Part shown: piece by piece, positions 61,606 through 64,000 of the stretch
How positions within the stretch are numbered: position 1 is the first letter of the stretch
Layout of the letters: every line of letters begins with the position of its first letter
Source: Candidatus Omnitrophota bacterium
GTDB taxonomy: Bacteria > Omnitrophota > Gorgyraeia > B26-G9
Assembly (NCBI GenBank): GCA_043814605.1
Contig: JBDRJV010000028.1
Coordinates: 7,790 to 71,789, forward strand
Length of the DNA stretch: 64,000 nucleotides
Reading direction: 5' to 3'
Position numbers and translations under genes: made by a program
Notes under the pieces: model-generated
What the model was told of the DNA's origin: nothing
The model's database searches: none
What the model saw: the letters and a program-made list of their open reading frames with translations, nothing else

Positions 61606-63849
61606 CTAAATAAAATGGTCGCTGTCCCTATTTACCCAAAAACTTTCTAAATTAAGATTATCCTGAAGGTTCAAAAAATACATATAAAGAAACAAATCTC
61701 TTAATTCTTTTAAAGAAAAAGTATATACTAAATCATAAATTTCTTCTTTGTTTTTGCTTGTTTTTGTAGTCACATATGATAATATTCGCGCCAGTGATGT
61801 ATGGTCAAGAGTCTGTCGGCCTTTTCTGCGCCCAGATATTTCTATTTTTTCAATCCAGCTCATTTTATCCCAATCATAAAAAGTAATTTTTTTATCTTCA
61901 AAATATTCTGTATCAATAAATTGGAACAAATGTAAATATTCCGGACCTTTTTCAATAGCAATTTTAATGAATTTAGGCAGCTGATTCCAAACTTCATCTC
62001 TTTCCAATGTTTGTTTAGTGGGGATCCATTTTTTGTAATCCGGTAAAGGGTTGCCTGCTTTTTTAAACATTTTATTTTTATCTCGATTGATTTGTTTTTT
62101 GAGCTGGGAATCACTGTACAGGTCTGTACTTGCGCCAAACATGGAATAAAATCTAAAATTATTGTTGTACCGATCAATAAGCCCCAGAGCTTGTTTTATT
62201 AATTTAAATTCATAACCGGCTTTAAGCATAAGGACAATCCCATATTCTAAATTTCTATCTTCTTTAGATTGTCTATCTTTCTTTTTTATTTTTTTTCGCG
62301 GCATAGCTTTAGGCCCGCGATGTTGTCTGCCGTATTCGGCTGCATCTAATGATTTTTTTAGTTCAAGACGTTGCGCGCGTTTAAGTTTTTCTTTATCCTG
62401 AACGCTTAGGGCATAGTCGGGCAAAGATATTGTTATATTAGTTGTGATCTGGCTCCCCTGAGGAGAAGGGAGCGGGTTTGTTCTCTCGGAATGATCGTCA
62501 TTAACCTGTTGCCAGTAGTGTTGTTCTTCTTCGATTAGGTTACGCCCCAGACCGTTTATGCTTAAAAGTTGATCGATCTCTGCTGTAGAAACGGGCACTC
62601 CTGCTTCAAAACGAGATATTATGTTTTTTGCTGTGTTAGATGTTCCCTCATATTTCCCATATTCTGAAGAATGAAATTTTCTAAATTGTGCTTTAAAGTA
62701 GAAAAAATAAAAACTCCGCAATGCCAAATGATGCGTTATGCTTTGCTTGGGGATTGAAAATCCCGAAATGTCCGGAGTGTTTATTAATAAAATTTCTAAC
62801 TCTTTCATTAGGCAATATAGACTTGTTCCTTTTCCCACAGAATCCTTAAGGTGTTTAGGATAAAACCCTGCTCCACAGTCTATCTCTATTATTGGGTAAT
62901 GTGTGTGGTCGGCAAATGCGTGAAAGATCCCGGAATCATTTAAAAAATAGCGGCTTTTGTTAAGTTGGTTTTTATTTGCAGGGAGGAAATATTCTGCGGT
63001 TATTCCATTGCTGATGTTAAATCCTTGTCGGGTTTTTCTGATTGCCCCGCAGGCAAAATAAAACAATAGTTGTTCGTAAGGAGTTAAATTTTTGCTTATT
63101 TGCTCAAATTCTTTCAGCCGATCTAAAGCTTTCGTTTGCAGAGCTGTATGATTTAAATTTCTGAAGGCGCTGTCCGTATTTTTAAGTATAAATAACTCAT
63201 AAGGAGTTAACTTTTGCTGTAAGAGCTCAAGTTCTGTTAATCTGGCGGATTTTATGGTCGCGGAGTTATGCAGCAGTGGAATAAGTTTATTTTCAATCAC
63301 ATCGGCTAAGGCATTCGTCGTGTTTTGGAGCATTGTCTGCCTCAAAAACCAGGCCCATTGCACATCAATATTGTCACTGCTTTCCTTGCCAACTTTTGTT
63401 TCTGCTTCTTCAAGATAGGCATCAAATAATCTATGGGCTAATTGCAGTTGGTAGGAGAGAGCGGAGTTATCCATTTTCATAAGTTCAGAGTGAAAACTGT
63501 TGATCTGCTCTTGAAGGAGATGTTTTTGCTCAAGTTGGGTTATTATTTGGCGTTGCCGGCTGTCTAAGCTGCCAGAAGAAGCACGAATATCTCCGGGATT
63601 AGCTGCGTCAATAAATGCCTGTTGTAGTGATCTCGTGGGCATACTTATGTGCGGGGATAGAGTGGTGGTTATTTCGGCAAAGGATATAGTAACCCCTAAT
63701 AGCGCTTGAAAAAGCATCATAATAATCAGAAATATATTGGTCTTGCGTTCCATAATTTTTGTATTTAATTTATGGTTATAAAAAGTATTAAAGTATAGCA
63801 TATTCTTTTGAGTTTTGCTATTTCCACAGGATGAAATTTTTGTGCCCAA
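61606..63849 (-). CDS. Large orphan secreted/membrane-anchored hypothetical protein (747-aa frame; the start may be the internal Met at 63753)
   Basis: A signal-peptide-like segment, MERKTNIFLIIMMLFQALLGVTISFA, begins at Met33. No catalytic motif recognised. There is a lysine-rich internal segment. Confidence 0.45.
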   Translation of the reverse strand: MGTKISSCGNSKTQKNMLYFNTFYNHKLNTKIMERKTNIFLIIMMLFQALLGVTISFAEITTTLSPHISMPTRSLQQAFIDAANPGDIRASSGSLDSRQRQIITQLEQKHLLQEQINSFHSELMKMDNSALSYQLQLAHRLFDAYLEEAETKVGKESSDNIDVQWAWFLRQTMLQNTTNALADVIENKLIPLLHNSATIKSARLTELELLQQKLTPYELFILKNTDSAFRNLNHTALQTKALDRLKEFEQISKNLTPYEQLLFYFACGAIRKTRQGFNISNGITAEYFLPANKNQLNKSRYFLNDSGIFHAFADHTHYPIIEIDCGAGFYPKHLKDSVGKGTSLYCLMKELEILLINTPDISGFSIPKQSITHHLALRSFYFFYFKAQFRKFHSSEYGKYEGTSNTAKNIISRFEAGVPVSTAEIDQLLSINGLGRNLIEEEQHYWQQVNDDHSERTNPLPSPQGSQITTNITISLPDYALSVQDKEKLKRAQRLELKKSLDAAEYGRQHRGPKAMPRKKIKKKDRQSKEDRNLEYGIVLMLKAGYEFKLIKQALGLIDRYNNNFRFYSMFGASTDLYSDSQLKKQINRDKNKMFKKAGNPLPDYKKWIPTKQTLERDEVWNQLPKFIKIAIEKGPEYLHLFQFIDTEYFEDKKITFYDWDKMSWIEKIEISGRRKGRQTLDHTSLARILSYVTTKTSKNKEEIYDLVYTFSLKELRDLFLYMYFLNLQDNLNLESFWVNRDSDHFI

Positions 63850-64000
63850 ACCGTGCCCATCCAGGGTGAATATATCGTATAAACTTGTAAAATCTTGTAT
63901 AAAATTGTATAAACACTAATTCATTGATAATAAAATAGTTAAGTTGTAACTTGATGTATTGGAGAGAGTTAAGTAAAACACCCAGATACAATCCTTCACT

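Overview
This window is a low-GC (~38%) chromosomal segment from a Gram-negative-type bacterium. It spans the replication origin region in the classic arrangement: rpmH-rnpA-yidD-yidC-jag ... mnmG on the minus strand, diverging from dnaA-dnaN-(DciA-like)-gyrB-gyrA on the plus strand. Gene orientation flips at ~38.3 kb, consistent with an origin there. The left half carries a complete Bat (Bacteroides aerotolerance-type) operon, MoxR-DUF58-...-BatA-BatB-BatC-BatD-BatE, with extra inserted genes. It also carries a CusRS-like two-component system with an RND pump and TolC-like channel but no adaptor gene, and an ExeA/ExeB-like pair next to a secretin that runs off the window start. Other left-half genes are secA, lnt, parAB, ndk and two orphan type IV pilin-like genes. 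The right half carries rtcB, serS, a minus-strand HD-GYP + HEAT-repeat operon, two tRNA-Ser genes, an ECF-type Ni/Co transporter and an endonuclease IV-like gene. A large orphan secreted protein sits beside a tRNA-Ser whose 3' end is partly duplicated. I found no CRISPR array and no obvious complete mobile element. The unusual items are: lineage-specific heptad-periodic intergenic repeats; a 24-bp perfect palindrome that occurs twice and flanks a frameshifted mnmG; a tandem duplication of the rtcB 3' end; a duplicated tRNA 3'-end plus terminator module; an N-terminal domain shared between the adjacent HD-GYP and HEAT-repeat proteins; and an expanded Bat operon. Every functional call is based on motifs I read directly in the translations. 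No database searches were run.
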